NCBI RefSeq assembly: GCF_963921235.1
Contig: NC_086097.1
Location: forward strand, 234,300,001 to 234,364,000
Reading direction: 5' to 3'
Source of the DNA: Mobula hypostoma
Taxonomy: Eukaryota
Length of the DNA stretch: 64,000 bases
Shown one piece after another: positions 62,893 through 64,000 of the stretch. Positions within the stretch are counted from its first letter, which is position 1, and every line of letters starts with the position of its first letter. The notes under the pieces are model-generated. The model worked only from the letters and a program-made list of their open reading frames with translations. It was not told the DNA's origin and did not search any database. A program made the position numbers and the translations under genes.

Positions 62893-64000
62893 TAAGTGAG
62901 GAATGCCTTGGGCGCATTTGTTCCTGATGACGGTGATGCATATCATCCCTGTGAGGACAGTTGGGGGAAGAGCTTTTGGGAAAAAGGTCTAAGTTGACTG
63001 TTGAAGCTTTTAACTTTGGGGCATCACCTGTACCGGAGGGTTGGAAGTGGAGGCTGGTGGAGCAGATGTTGACGATGACAAATATTTTTTCCCTTGACGA
63101 GTTTGAAGTGGGTTGTTCTAGGAGCACTCGCCACACCATACGGGTAACTGAGGATACTCTGTTTAGAGAACGATCACGGCGACTAGCCCCGGCAGATGTG
63201 GAAGATGTGCGGCAGCATTTGGGCAAGTTGAAGGAGGTTGGAATCATCACGGAGTCCCGAAGCCCTTATTCGTCTCCTATCGTAGTGGTCCGGAAGAAGA
63301 ATGGGAAGGTTCGTATGTGTGTGGACTATAGAACACTGAACAGGCGCACGGTCCCAGATCAGTATCAGTCCGGGTGGAAGATGCGCTGGCCTGTCTGAGT
63401 GGGGCAAAGTGGTTTAGCGTGCTGGATTTGAGGAGTGGATATTACCAAGTCCTGATGAGTGAGGCCGATAAGGAGAAGATGGCCTTCATTTTCCCTTTGG
63501 GCTTTTACCAGTTCAAACGGATGCCCCAGGGCATATCGGGGTCCCTGCCACCTTCCAGAGGGTCATGGACAAGACAGTAGGGGATATGAACCTGCTCAAA
63601 GTGCTGGCATATTTGGATGATCTCATAGTATTTCGATCCACCTTGGAAGAACCCGAAGCGAGGCTAATGCAGGTGTTCAACCGGCTGAAGCAGGAAGGGT
63701 TGAAGCTTTCCCTGGACAAGTGCCAGTTCTGCCAGGTGTCTGTTAGCTATGTTGGACACATTGTCTCGTGGATTGGTGTAACGACAGACCCAGCTAAGAT
63801 CAAAGCAGAGACCACCTGGCCGAGGCCCCAGACCTTGAGTGCTCTATGCTCGTTCCTGGGGTTCTGTGGGTACTATCGGAGGTTCGTGAAGGGCTACGCC
63901 AAGGTGAGTCATCCCTTGAACTAGCTTCTGCGTGGCTACCCTCCCCTGGGACAGAAGGGGAAAGGGAGGAAAGGACAAGAGGTGGGAGAATATTTGAACC
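62893..64000 (+). pseudogene. pol: Gypsy reverse transcriptase (frameshifted)
   Basis: SPYSSPIVVVRKKNGKVRMCVDYRTLN; LDLRSGYYQV; YLDD; FLGFCGYYRRFV. Confidence 0.95.

Larger units (their letters stand above)
59393..64000 (+). mobile_element. Decayed Gypsy/Ty3 LTR retrotransposon (runs off the window)
   Basis: 5' LTR, tRNA-Pro PBS, gag, protease and RT in order. Confidence 0.95.

Noticed and set aside
1..64000. CRISPR array, prokaryotic operon or defence system
   Set aside because: No repeat-spacer array or gene-dense region; all RT motifs belong to eukaryotic CR1, Rex1, RTE, L1, Penelope or Gypsy elements.

Overview
Eukaryotic, repeat-dominated window, most likely from a cartilaginous fish (shark or ray). 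That attribution is inferred from the CR1-dominated repeat landscape with V-SINE-like SINEs, Penelope, Rex1 and RTE elements. No host protein-coding exon can be supported, and most long ORFs are transposon ORFs or their antisense shadows. The window holds several CR1 LINE families: a young (TTTCTATG)n-tailed family with long open ORF2 segments, and older long copies carrying a decayed esterase ORF1 and APE-RT ORF2. It also holds Rex1, RTE and L1 fragments, a Penelope relic plus Penelope terminal repeats with minimal hammerhead-ribozyme motifs, two Tigger/pogo-type DNA transposon remnants that resemble mammalian MER2/Tigger4/MER6, solo LTRs, and a decayed Gypsy element with a PNMA-like gag at the right end. 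The most notable observations are: (1) an apparently identical 452-bp inverted copy of a nearby solo-LTR segment, inserted with a 7-bp duplication and a fold-back junction; (2) a Tigger4/Zombi-like element carrying a MER2-like block; (3) hammerhead motifs from two Penelope families; (4) a four-level CR1 nest. Family names come from motif recognition and memory, not database searches. Boundaries are approximate unless a TSD or TIR is given.
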